From Bispira polyomma (Eukaryota), in the NCBI GenBank assembly GCA_965649765.1, contig OZ287761.1, positions 21,452,001-21,516,000 on the forward strand: a stretch of DNA of 64,000 nucleotides. Direction: 5' to 3'. The notes beneath the pieces are model-generated. The model did not search any database. It had not been told where the DNA came from and worked only from the letters and a program-made list of their open reading frames with translations. Shown in pieces: positions 45,907 through 59,501 of this stretch. Every line of letters starts with the position of its first letter. The first letter of the stretch is position 1. The translations under genes were made by a program, and so were the position numbers.

Positions 45907-48037
45907 TTGTATAAATGGAAATAACCCTATACTTTGTGACCATTCATTTTTAATACATCTTTAAGTGTTGAATTCAAATATACAGTATAACCCTGTTATA
46001 AGTTGAATCTGAAGGGACCATAAAAAAATTGGTTCTACTTAACAGAAAATTCTACCTAACAGGGTAAAATAATTTTACTTTAGAAATATAGCAAATGGGA
46101 CCTAAAAATACCCTCTACTTCGCAGGTAGAATTCTGCTTATATCAGGACCTTTATTCTCGAAGGGACTTAGCCAAGTCTTAGGCTTAAAGGTACACTAAT
46201 TTAAGACTTGACTAAGTCCCTTCGTGAATACAGGCCCAGAGTTATACTACATGTACTCAAAATGGTTTGTTTAACTGTATGCAGTCAGATTTTTACTTTT
46301 ACATCAAATATTTCTTCTCTGTCTCTCAAGATAGGGTGACCATAACATCCAACTTTTCTTCCCTGTCTCTAAAAGTAGGGTGACCTTAAGTAGAGTTAAG
46401 TCTTAAATTTGAGCTTTGAGATTATTTTTTCTTCGGAGAAATACATGCCTCACATGGGCTTTAAGTTGTAGATATAGATAAAATATCCATATTACAATCG
46501 ATTTGGCGTTGTATTTTTGAAGGGGGGGATGTCAATGTAGCTTCAGGTTTTTTTATTCTGAAGATTGTTGTAGATGAGGAGACATTTACAGTGTGTCAAA
46601 GTGTGGACAATCTTTCTTAAAGGGACCATATTTTATATTACAGTTACTGTAGAGACATTAGTTCAAACCTCTAATATCTGAATGTTTCGATTTTGTGAAC
46701 TCAGTTTTCTACTCTCTCCAAAATTTATTTTTCCCTGTGGTTTTGTACAGAATCACCTCAGTCTTCTAATTTATGAACCTTCTATTATCCAAACAAAATC
46801 TTGCTCCAGCAAACACGGTCGGATAATAGAGGTTCTACTGTTCTACTGTCAAACTTTTATTCTCTCTCAACTTCTGTTAAAATACAAATATTTCAGTTTT
46901 ATTTTTTTTTTTTTTTTTCTATTATTTTTATCCTGTGTTCGTTGGATTGTTTTACCACCACGATCGGTTTTTGGTCACCAGCATGACAAAAACGATTAAA
47001 CCGATTTAATATCTGAAATTGGATAGCAGAACGGGGCTTCATGGGCAAATGGGGGAATCCATTAATGATGATTACACCAGAAAAACTACTCAGCCGAATT
47101 ATATAGGAAATTTAGTGGAGGGACGAGTCCTCGGGCTGTATTCGCAAAATGGTCTCGGTCTTGACTTAGTCTTAACTAAATAGACAAGGCATTTTAGTGT
47201 CAAAAACCATTTGAGAAAAAAGAAATAGACAAGAGTATAAATGAGTAAGAAAAAAAAAAATCGAATATGCAGATAATAGAAGTTTGGATAATAGAGGTTC
47301 TAGTGTATGTTGATGCGTTGATTTGTTATTAGGTTGTTTGTTCAAGTTGTTGGTCTTCAAATATGTTGTTTCCTTAAATTTCACCAAATATTTACATGTA
47401 TATATATATATATATATATACGTGTGTCACTCACATTATAAGATATATGGAAACAGTTAGCGCAAAATGAATGTAAAAAAGGCACTACCAAATACTATTT
47501 GAATGGTTTTACTTGAAGGTTTTTTTCGTACTGAGTTCTATTTGTAAATTTGCAAAAAAAAAGAAGATATTTTTCTCTCTCGCCACTATTTTGTGTATGG
47601 AATATGTCATGGTATTCACTCTCAGTGCCTTAAGTGTTGTAAACTTCTTTAATAATAGTACTATCAAATGCTTTAATAAATGTATTTAGTATTTACATAT
47701 ATGCAAACAGTTGAATGAAACCCCTTTTAAGTCTAACCTCATGGGACCAGAAGATATATAATTATGCTTCAGCAGGATTCCCACTTAACAGGGTCGATTT
47801 TATAAAATAAAAAAGGGTCCTTGGGGGACTACAGATTTTTGTCCTCTTTATGAAAAAGGGAAAATCCAACTTAACAGAGTTTCTACTTAAGGGGGTTTAA
47901 TTTCTAACCATTTGATGAGTAGTTCTTGTATTATAAGCATATGTATACCAGCTGTCACTATACAGTGTTCTTTAATATCTTCTTCATCTTTTTTTTTAAC
48001 CTATAATATTAGAGGGTTTTGTTTTACTTTTTAATAG

Positions 48038-48274
48038 AGTAAGGAATATCTAGAGGTCGCCACTGTATCAGAAATTTAGCCACACTCCCCGAAAATTCAA
48101 AGCTAAATCAATATAAACTGGGCAAAAAAATAACTGGAATTTAGGTATACTAAGTAAGGGCAAAATAGTCACAGAAATCTCAGTCAGCAAATATTACTCA
48201 CAATTCTTTTAAAAACACAAACATTTTCTAGGTGGCGAATTTCAGATACAGTGGCAAATTTCAGATTTTTTACT
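48038..48274. mobile_element. MITE family A copy
   Basis: same TIRs as the other copies. Confidence 0.8.
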
Positions 48275-51200
48275 TTTTAATACTTTCACCTGCTGTCGAT
48301 GTGCAATGAGTACATAAAAAAAAAGTCTTGTGATATTTATCTTAATTTATTCGACCAGTTAGTAATATTTTATATCATGCATATATTTATTTACCGTGTA
48401 GTGTATGTGTGCAGCGATTTTTGGGGGGTGGATTTTTAATTTTGCCGGTACCAATATGACGTCTAAACTTAAGTCAATATTTTTTGATCAATTTAAAAAG
48501 CCTTGGTGTAGTTTATAATGCAATTATATAAAAACCAGCTCGAAAATTACAATTAAGTCTAAGTTTCGATTCAGGCAATTTTCTGAGGCGATCAGCCGAG
48601 GGCAATTATTATCGGTTGCATTGATTTATAAGTATCTGTTTGCATGTGAGCAAAACCAATAGGCAGCAGACAATACAAGGCAATTTTTTCAAAACATAAA
48701 AAACAATTGATGATTAGTAATTGCCATTGGACATCGGCTGATTGCTGTCAGACATTGTCAACATTGAAACGTAGCCCTACTAACAATTTTATTCAACAAA
48801 TTTTGTGCAAGTTGGAAAGAAAAAAACGTCTAGGCCAACCAAACGCTATTGGCACCGGTAAAGTGACATGGCTCCAAAGGTTTTATACTTTATTTATAGA
48901 ATGAAAAAGTCAAGCTAGTCTATAGAAAGTCAATCTAGAGAGTATATGAGGGTTTTAGAAATTAGATCAAATGCTGGTTAAAACGGCAAAACAGGATAGA
49001 CGTAAACATCAAATGCAAACAAACATAAATAACCTTGCACTTGTAACTTTAAGCGTAATATTTATTAATATTTTTTTTTTTTTCGCTAAAGTTTTAAAAA
49101 TTAAAAAAAAAGCAGTTTCTTTTATTAAATTCTCACATTTTTTTTATGAACTAATACCTTCTTTTCTTTGCATTTATTTAGCATTTTGTACTTTAAAAAT
49201 ATTTTGTTTTTTTGAATGTACAGAAATATATACATGTATAGATACGCAAGTTTTTTTTTATGGCTAACAGACATCAGTTTTATGTCATTTTATATATTGG
49301 GTGGCAAAGGGTTTTGTACAGGAACAAGTAATACAAGTTGTATACTAACTCTTTCTAATATATAGTTTTCTCTTAATTTTCTCGATTGCATAAATGACTA
49401 CAACGGGAAGAAGCTCAGTTGAATGATAAAATTGTGAGAAGATATTTGGATAAGAGAGATTGTTTTTGTATACAGCATTTTGTGTTGACCTTCTTTCTAC
49501 TGAAACATGTACCATTGTTATATAGTTTATTTTGTGTATTTCTTCAGATTAGTAACAAGTACAAAGTATAACACTTTTAACACACATTAGTTCAGTTTTA
49601 AAACAAATATATACATACGTTAATTTAAACTTTTGATGGTGCTATTTTTTTTATTGACAAAAAGAGTCATAATTACTTTAAAGTCAAATATATGAGTATA
49701 TAGGAGTGTGTTGAGTTTAATATTTTCTATGTTTGGTAAGTGTCTGTATATGGTTCACAGGGTGTTTATAGTGCCCCAATCAAACCCCATTAGTTTTGTA
49801 CGCCAATCCTGGGTAATATCTTAATCAATAAATCCGGTTAAATCTAGAATTGAACTAGGTGTGGGATGGTAGCAAAATGGAACACACCCTCCAGAACAGA
49901 AAGTACGCAAAACCATATCTAAATGATACGTCCGTTTTATGCCTAGAAAATGCTCGAATTTTAATAATTTGCCAGCATAAAACCTATTTTTATGATTCAG
50001 TATAAGTAGTTTATTATTCATTAGAAGTAAAAAATTTGTTTTTTTTTAAAAATTCCGATATTAACTTTTATAGTCCGTCAGCACATATATTGGTCCCTGT
50101 ATCGACAATACCGGCAGCCCTATTTTAAATTATTACTCGTTAAGTATAGTATCTATTTTGGAGAAGTTTGACTTGTTCTCTGGGTATGGGTCACGAGTAA
50201 TAAGGTGTTTTTTTAAGTGTATTAGGGTACTCATAGTTTCAACTTTGAGAAATGAAAAATACAGGCAGAGCATGCCTACTTCCTAATGGAAACGGTCTTC
50301 ACACCAACTTAATTTAAGTCTTATATTCTAGATTTTAAACTAATGAAAAGCACTTCTTTTTTTTTGGACTTCTAAAGTTTTTTGTTGGTTCTCCTCTAGT
50401 TATTGATAATATGTCTATTTTATCAAAAAAAAATCCCCTTTCTTTGATTAAAGAGAGAGTATAGGAATAAACATTGCATTAGTTGAAAATCTGTGCGGAG
50501 GTTACAAAATAACAATACAGCCGCCACTGTCCATAAAAAAATGGGGTTTTCCTTTCACTGGCACGTTCCCAAAGGGTGATCGAAATTCATCTATTGGTTA
50601 AAAGGAGAAAGGAGGGCTTGGGTGTGTGTAATTTGTTACCATTAAAATGGGGAGTGGGGGAGGGGGCAGCTGAAGAATGAACGTTTTGGATTTAAGTAAA
50701 TATGTCCTCCTTTTTAAAACAAATTAATAGTCGACAAAGGGAGTAGGATAGGATTTCTGGTATGAAAATAAATGAAGCTTGTGTTTGTTTCATTGAATAT
50801 TTTCCCTACCCCAAACACACCACCCAAATACCCACAATTCTTACCTCTGTGTGTTTTTTGTTTACTTGTTTGTTTAATAAATCAACAGGGGCAACAATGT
50901 TGGTTCATCAAAGTGCTGTGCATTACAAATTTTTTACTGGTTTTTTTTAAATTGTATTTTTCCCAAACAGTCTTCCAGATGGGTGGGTGTTTGCTAAACT
51001 ATTCTGGTTCTCAAAAAATCATCAGGCCGAGGGATGTTCATATCGCAGTACAAATATTCATTAGGCAGGGTATGATGGTCTGATTTCACACCCAAAGGCT
51101 GCGATGGTTTTGGGGGCATCTCTGATGCTAACTTTATATTATACAAAAAAAAAGCAACACTATATACATGTAGATATACAATTCATTGATCGCTTGGGTC

Positions 51201-53674
51201 TAGGTGGACTAGTGTGTAGATCTAAACCATATATATATATATAGAAGTATGAATATCTGTACATAAACAAGTTGCCATCTGTATTTAAATTGCTTTGTTG
51301 ATGTTTTTAATGTTGTTTCTTTTTTTTTTTTGCTCAGTAATGGTGCTATATTAAATGTTATATTGCATAGTGTACGCACAGTCTCTTCTCAAGTCAGAAA
51401 TGATCAACTCCTTTTGGTCTGAGGTTTAGGGAGTCACCTTTGATTGAATCATCAACACTCTATTTTTTATGAGTATGAGTAAATGTGTTTGTTTACCACA
51501 AACAGTTTAACTGTTGTTTCGTAGTTAAAATCTGAGATGCGTCATCAGAAGAGATCTCACGTAGTTTCTTTGGAAGTAGGAGTTGCAGTCAAACAGGTGG
51601 TCATAATAGTATCCTGGTCATACCAGTTGTCCTTCTTTATTTTGTAAGGCCAGTTAATTCGAAAGGATAAGTTATTGTCTGTAGTTCTGTCTTTTTAAGA
51701 TTGCGCAATAAAGTTCAAAGTAGTTTGTAAAAGATAGTATTTTGTGTTTAAATTAATAAAAAATAATCGACAAACAAGAGTTGTCTTTTAAAAATCACAC
51801 AGACGGACAGTGTCAGAAATATTAATCTGACACCGATCAGTTTGGCCAGGTGTTTTGCTTCCAACCAATCCATGAATGCCTTACATATTATTTCCAACAT
51901 GTTGCCAATATCAGGCAGCGCTTGATAATATTAAACTGACTCCCCTCAGTTTGGCCCGGTCCATTGCTTTCAACCAGTCTATGAAGTGCCGTACATCTTC
52001 TTTCCAACATGGCGGCACCTTCCAACATGGCCGCCCCCATTTACAGAGTGAAAAATATCAGGCTGGGCCTGATAAAAATGGATACAATTATGACCACCAG
52101 GACACAATTGTTACCACCCATGTGTAGAAGTCAAACTTATTTGTGTTAAACTTAGACATAATATATATGTACATAAAAATGTTTGTACATATCTGACATA
52201 ATATGCCTTTATTTGTTATGTTGCTTTTTTTCTACTAGCTTACTATATAGACTAAACGGTGACCAAAACCTTAACATTGAAATCCGAGTTGCAGTTCTGA
52301 CTGAAAAGAGTTTCAAGTCATGACCACCACATGGAAATTATGTATTGATTGATACCGTAGTTTGTTAAATTACTGCCAAGATAAAAAGTAAAAATTTGCC
52401 ATTACCAAGAACAAAAACAGTTGTTGGAATGTACTGTCATTTTGGTTGGTAAATGTACAAGTATTGATGATGCTTTGAACTTTACCGTGTATCATGGTTT
52501 TGTCAACATGGTTGAAATTATATGCTTGGGCGGTAATTTAGTTTCCTACGGTATTCTGATAACTATTGGTGCAGAGATATTTTGATGAACCTATAGTACA
52601 CAAGAATATCTAAGTTATTTGAAAAATTACAAGTTTACCCATTTTCATTAGTATTTATAAATGAGTACAACTGAATGTTAATCAAGAGTATATAACTTTT
52701 CTTTTTTTTGTTGTCAATCGAATATTTCTTTACAAATATATAATTTCATGTGGAACGTCAGATTATGTAATTGTGTTAAATTCTTAGTATAAGTGATTTT
52801 TTTCTTTTTTTTTGTTTGAAAATATATAAACAAAATTGTACATAAAAGTTTTGTAGTAGTGACCATAAAAAACAAAGGTTCTTAAATGTTGTGTAGGTAC
52901 ATTTAGTTAACTGTTCGAGCGCTACTGAGAGATATGACCCCTAATTTGGTTCTTGTTTTGCTTAAAACATATCTTTAGTGAGGGGGCAGAGAGTAGTAAA
53001 TGTACCCATAATTTTTCTTCTCTCTTGACACTTGAATGTATAGGTCAACAAATGCAGACTTGTCTTAGATCTACAAGATTTTCCTCAAAAATGTTATCAC
53101 ATTTTAGCATTTAAGGCTATGGTCGTGATATGACCCTTGGTGTTGAAACACCCCTCTTTAAGATGCCATTGCCCACTGATAATGACTAATGCTATGTTGT
53201 GAAACTATTGCTTCTCTTTAAACAAGTGCCTTAGAGGATGCAATATCAATTTAGTGCTATGTAAATTCTTCCTAATTAAATGGGGCTAAGCAAATTTATC
53301 TGCATTTTGTCATTGCATATGTCACTAAATCCTCCACCGTGGGACCAGTAGTTAGATCTGTTTGCCCCCGTTGTAGATATCCCTTTACTAGAACTGTATA
53401 TAGCAGGGTAACTAGTAAAAGTAGTGGAATCACCAAGAAACACATACTATATACCTGACAAATACTGCAGGATACCGTGTTGTGAATCACTGTATACAAG
53501 GTTTTAGAAGTTTTATGGCAGGAAATACAGTTGTTTAACATCAACAAAGAAATCTGTATTAATGTACAGATTGAAAGATTTTGTCTTGTGCAGTTTGATA
53601 CTGTTATGCTTAGATGCCCAAAGAGAGCTGCATGGTCCATCAGTAACTCCTGAAGCTTATAGTGTCAATTTTAA

Positions 53675-54210
53675 ATCAGGGGTTTGATCCTCGCTGCAGG
53701 CTTAGAGATTGTACCCTTGGACGAGGTACTTCACACAAGGTTGTCTCTCTCCACCCAGGTGGGGCCGTGGTGGCCTAGTGGTTAGCAAGCATTGCGCTTC
53801 ACAATCACTGGTCTCTCACCTCTGGGCGGCGTGAGTTCGAATCCCGTCGATGCCTATGTGGAAAAGGTGGTAGTTCCTTACAGTGGGCCGCTGGTTTTAG
53901 TGCAGAACCTTGACCGACTGTATCCAGTGTTTACTCCAGCGTTTCCAACTACCCGTCCCAATATAACCTACTAAAAGGTACTAGAGTGGACGTTAAATAT
54001 CCAAATTCAAACTCTCCACCCAGGTGGATAAATAGGTACCTGGCTGCTAGTGGCTGTTAGTCTCTGCGCCGTATGTGACAGCATGTCTAGTATGCTCTCT
54101 TAGGCAGCTGAGAGTGAACAATTGTTTAACAAGTGTAACCCAGACTGGGGGTGTAAACTGTGTGCAACGCTTTGAGCTGCCAAGAGGTAGCGCTATATTA
54201 ATGCAAATTT
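53675..54210 (+). mobile_element. Older SINE family 2 (CORE-like centre, LINE-type tail), interrupted by the family 1 SINE
   Basis: CCCTTGGACGAGGTACTTCAC...CTCCACCCAGGT|GGATAAATAGGTACC...CGCTTTGAG...GCGCTATATTAATGC; related copy at ~27741..27963. Confidence 0.7.
53761..54011 (+). mobile_element. tRNA-derived SINE, family 1, nested in an older SINE
   Basis: 14-bp TSD CTCTCCACCCAGGT at 53747-53760 and 54012-54025. Confidence 0.92.
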
Positions 54211-54689
54211 ACAACCATGGGAACAGCATAAGAATAATTTAAATCAATGCTGCCAACTGAAAACAATGTGTACTAAGTAAGGTGAAAACTCTGTGGTGCT
54301 AAATATTGCATCCTTGGATACACCTTGTAAATATATGCAAGAGCTTATATGGGGTCTGGGCAAAATGTAGAATAGCGGCAAATTTTAAGTTGTTTAATTC
54401 TTGTTTAGCTCCTTTCACAGATATAATTTGTGGTCAGACTGTGCAATTTTCTGTAACACATGTCAGTGCTTGCTTATTGTATTTAACAACTGGAAGGTAT
54501 CGGCAATTCTCTAATAAATATATACTGTTTTTTAAACAGCTTGTTTGATTCTTATGTTATCTTATGAAGTTGATGACATACGGCCATGAGTCTGCATAAG
54601 CCTCTACTGTATGTTTCATGTCAACCTATTCTTCTCTGAAACTATACACGTGCTACCAATAATTGTTCATGTCCATAATAATAATAATA

Positions 54690-55470
54690 AAATGATTTAA
54701 CGTGCCCATTCCACACAATATTCACAGACACATCTGCAATTATCAATTTAAATAGTGTCAGAAATTTACAAATAGTTATTTTTGAACGAATGTGATTTTA
54801 GTCTAGATTTAAACATTTCTTTTGAAGTAATCATTCTAACACCAGCAGAGAGTTCATTCTATAGTTTTAGTTGTCCAGCAACTTCAAATAATCTATCCCC
54901 ATACGACATCACTGTTTTGGGGATAAACAGTAAAATAGCTATAATTAATCTTAGTTGGCTGGTAATTGGTTTCACATTAATGATATCAATCAGGTAACTT
55001 GGCACCAATCCATCCAGACATTTAAACACTAGGAAAAATATTTTGAAGTTAATTCTTGCTTGCACAGGTAACCACTGTAGTTCTTTTAGTAATGGACTTG
55101 CAGAAGTCAATTTAATTTTACCCGAGAACCAGCGTTGGTAGACCAAAGAGTAGACTGATTTTCAAGCCTAATTTTGATGTGTACATAAGTCTCTGTGACA
55201 GATCTTGTGAGAAATTTCCATATTTTATACATATTTTTTTAATGATCCCATGAGGTAGAGACGATTCTATTAACATGTGATCTCATCTTCAAGTTGCAGT
55301 GTTTACTGCAGTTTTTGAAGGCACTATGTCTGAATCCTAAATTTTGATGCTGCACATTGAAATGTACTTTGGCTTTTGTTTGGATCCAATGATCACTACT
55401 CCAGTCTTTTCATCATTCAATTTAAGAAATTCATCTATTTCCTCAATTTGTTTTCTAGCATTCAGAGAGG
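54690..55470 (-). mobile_element. Decayed L2/CR1-group LINE 3' fragments
   Basis: FLKLNDEKT and SPLLKELQWLPVQARINFKI...PSYL...YGDRLF motifs. Confidence 0.75.
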
Positions 55471-55477
55471 AATCAAT

Positions 55478-58121
55478 GGGAGTACCAACCCTCCCGCTAA
55501 AAGGGTCACATGATCACTGGTTTACTTCATTATTTTTGTTGTAAAAGAATAACGTGCGGGGTCAGGCGGGAGGGACTCCAAGTATTAAGAAATGGTAAGT
55601 ATTTCTAATAAAAATTAAATTAAAAATAAAATTTTTCAATTTTATAGTGAAATACTACTACGATTTCCTAATAATAGCTGAATCCAGCCTAATTGAATGG
55701 AGGGAATTATTTAACTGAGAACCCCTATGACTTCATCAACAGTGTGCAAGACCTATATACAGAATCCATTACACAACTATGCAACAAGCTTATTACCAGA
55801 GCTTAAAATTATCATGCTGAAAATGTATGTACTTATAGCAACATTAAGCAACATAAGATAAAAAAGCACTGTACCTTCATTTCTAGATGTGTGAAAATGC
55901 TATTGTTATTCTACAGCTTGAAAACTAATGTACAGCATATTCACATATGTACAGCCCAACACCATCGGCAAATGGAAGCATCATGGATTTCCACTCAGGA
56001 ATCAAGCCAACTACAAATACTATTTACAAATCGATATGTCATGCCATTCATCCTGCAAAAATGACAAAAGCACAATATTAAGTTCCAAAGAACATTGTCA
56101 AGGAACATCATAGTATGGATACATGTATATGTAATGAACAAAATTTACCAACTCCTAACACTACAACATGCTATACAGACACAACTGAAGCATTCCACCA
56201 TTATTCCAACAGCGGTCTTTTAGATAAAAGTTAGTAAAAGTATTGTGGGATTTCCAATAACAAGCATTCCAAATCTCATCTAATCACACACCACCTCTAA
56301 AAGCTAAAGAGGCAGCTATAGATCTGATATCATGAGCCTTCTCTTGACAAATTCGCTGTGTCTCACTGATTTCTGATAAGCTAATAAGACAGTCTGCTTT
56401 AACCAAGAGGAAATTGTGACTCTAGAAATATCTCTATTATGACCTTCCTTAATAGCCACAAGTAAGAGTTTCTTATTTTGCCTGAGATGGTTGGTCCTGT
56501 CCAAATAGTATTTTAATGCTCTGACAGGACAAAGCGACCTATCCTGTACTAATGACCACTTGTTTGATAACATTTGGACTATCAGAAGCCAATTGGTACT
56601 TTGCTAAAAAAGCTGGTGATCGACCTCAGACCAATTTTCCTTATAACTTAAGGAACTATGTGTCCAAGAGTGAATCTCACTTCTTCTTTTGCCAGAGGCC
56701 AAAGCCAAAAGAAAGACAGTCTTGTAAGTCAAAATCTTGAGAGATGCCTTGCATAAAGATTCAAAAGGAGCCTTAGTAAGTGAGAGCAGAATCAGAGACA
56801 AATCCCAATTTGGTATGGATCTATTTTTTACTGGCTTATCCCTATAAAAACTGGCAATAAGTCAATTCAAATCCAGACTTTGAGAGAGAGTTTCACCTTT
56901 TCTACCAAGACCATCTACGATAGTAGTTATATATCCTGCAAAAGGAGAGGGTTTTAAGATTTTTTCTCAATCAAAAAAATTAAGGAAATTGGCTATATCT
57001 GGTATAAGGATATTTTAGATGTCCACCCTACTTTCTTCACCCCATTTTGCAAATATTGACCACCTTGACTCATAGATCTTTCTGGATGAAACTCTCTGAG
57101 GTTCCTTAATTCTTTTAGCCACTTCATCTGAAAACTTGTGTGAATCTGCAAGTGTGACTCCAGATGCCAAACATGTAGATTCAGATATTTAGGATTGTTG
57201 TGGAATCTGTTGCTGAATGGTTGTTTCAACAGATTCCACAACAGTGGGAGCCTTATTGGTGGTTTGGTGGACAACTCTATCAGGTCTTAAAACCAGGGCA
57301 TCGGCCACCCTGGTGCAATCATGATCACCCTGCACCTGTAAGTTAACATTCTTTGCACCATCTGGGGTATGAGAACCACTGGACAATAGACATAAGCGTC
57401 CAGATCCTCCCAAGATATGTTCAATGCATCCATTCCCAAGCTTGACTGTCTGGACTGGTGAGACATAGATTGGGAGCTTGAAATTTTGATTTGTCGCAAA
57501 CAGATCGACCAAAGGTTGATGCCAAATGTGACAAATCTTCTGAAAAACCTGAGGATTCAGAGACTATTCGGTCTGAATCACCTTGTCTTTCCGAGACAGA
57601 GCATCTGCCAACACATTCAGATTGCCAGGAATGTGTCTTGCTCTTATCTGGATTCCTCTGGGATTTGTTTATGCCAGAATTCTCCATACAAGAACACACA
57701 ATTCCATGGAATGTGTTCCTCCCTGTTTGTTGAGGTATGAGACTAGAGTGTTTTCTGTGGAAATGAATGTTTTGATTGAGAATCTGATTTTGAAACGCTT
57801 TCAGAGCTTGAAACATTGCTTTTAATTCTAGAATGTTCAGATAAAGCTTTGTTTCAATCTGATTTCACAGACCACTTGCTGTATGATGGTTCAGATGAGC
57901 ACCCCAGCCCTTTTCTGAAGCATCTGTGAACAGAAGTCTGAACTCCTTCTTATGGAGTGGAGCTTGAGAATCCCTTACAGGGACGAAAAGAGCCTCTATG
58001 TTGTCCCCTGGAGTCTTTTGGAGTATCCGGATATCTAAAAGATTCTTTTTTTGGTCTATGTGTTGATGCAAATGAGTCTTTAGACACTCTTGACCACTGT
58101 ATAAAGTTTTGTTGAACCTCA
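55478..58121 (-). mobile_element. Decayed DIRS retrotransposon (RNase H, MT-like region, tyrosine recombinase)
   Basis: LFTDASEKGWGAHL (RNase H), VDLFATNQNFKLPIYVSP, LTYKTVFLLALASGKRRSEIH and LCPVRALKYYLDRT (YR); many frameshifts. Confidence 0.88.
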
Positions 58122-58261
58122 GCTAGCTTGTCAACAGGGAAAGGTAATTAGTGGTGAAGGAGGAATTCCTTAACTTTTGTAGATCATCTTCATTAACATC
58201 CTTCCCACACAATTTGAGATAGTTATCTCTCCTATTCAAACACAAATTCCCTGTCAATGTC

Positions 58262-59484
58262 ATTGTATTGTATTGTACATTTTTAACGCACCTTATTGAT
58301 GCTAGGCATCTCCTAAGGCGCAACATCAGAATCAATCAGCCAATAGAAAAATCGAAAAACATAGCAAAGTCATAAAGATGGATGAGTCAGCGCCCAGCAA
58401 GAGGACTACGGCAGATAGACGAGCCTGAAAAGATAGGTTTTAAGCTTTCTCCTAAAACCGAAAGTGTTTCAAGCAGTCTAAGTTCAACTGGAAGGCTGTT
58501 TCATAACAAAGGGGCGACAACCGAGAAGGCTCTAGATCCAACCCTCTTGGTGTTTTTTTAGAGGAAACAGGAAGTCTTTTTCCCCTCTTAAGGCTGCTGA
58601 AGGAGAGTTTAGTAGCGAGGTAGTGAGGCTGTTGGGAGACAACATCTTTAAAGATGGTTAGGTGCCTTTTAAACCGGATTCGATAGGTATGAAGTGACAT
58701 CAGTACGAATTCCTAAACGAAAGATGACTGTACATAGATAGTTTTGAATGGACTGCAACTTGTTTATGTGGGACTTATTGGCTCCACACAGAAGAGAATT
58801 ACAGTAGTCAAGGCGGCTACTTACAAGAGCATTGGCCACAGTGATAGCAGTATCTAGTGACAGATAATTTCTGATTCTTTTGAGGTCCCGAATGTGATAG
58901 CAACAGGAGCAGCGGATGTTGTAATGAGTGGAAGAAATCAAAATTCAGGGTCGATAGTGACACCAAGTTTTTTGACCTGGTCTGAAGGATGAATCTCATT
59001 GTCCAGCAGTGTGATTGGGAAAAGTGATGTTAAGTATTCACTGTGTTTCCCATTGCCAATTAGGATGAATTCAGTCTTGTCTGGATTTAATTTCAGTTTG
59101 GAGTAGTTCATCCACACCTGAACTGAGGAGAGACAGTCGGCAAGTAAATTCAGGTTGTTTCTGACATTGTGAGTGTTAAGAGAGAGATAGGTTTGAGTGT
59201 CATCAGCATACATGTGATGTTTAACATTGTGATTATTGATGACTGCACTGAGAGGATGGGTGTAGAAGATAAAAAGTAGAGGGCCAAGAACCGATCCCTG
59301 GGGTACTCCGAATGGTAGGTTAAAAGAGGATGAAAAGTGGTCGCCCAATTTGATTTTTTGTGTTCTGAGCAAGGTACAATTGGATACAGTCAAGGACAGT
59401 ATCATTAATACCAAACCACTGTTTTAAGGTGTCAAAGAGTAAGCCATGGTCGATGGTATCAAAAGTTGTGGAGAGATTGAGATG
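58262..59484 (-). mobile_element. L2/CR1-group LINE: RT core to 3' end with (ACAAT)n tail
   Basis: [51 protein letters not shown]; frameshifted. Confidence 0.9.
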
Positions 59485-59501
59485 TATTAATTTTCTTATA
59501 T

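Noticed and set aside
44206-52900. Very long 3' UTR
   Set aside because: Composition is suggestive and AATAAA occurs several times (for example near 47675 and 51755), but the end cannot be placed without transcripts
53761-53850. tRNA gene candidates at SINE heads (also 17380-17463 and 41780-41861)
   Set aside because: A/B boxes continue into a shared SINE body with tails and TSDs; these are not standalone tRNAs
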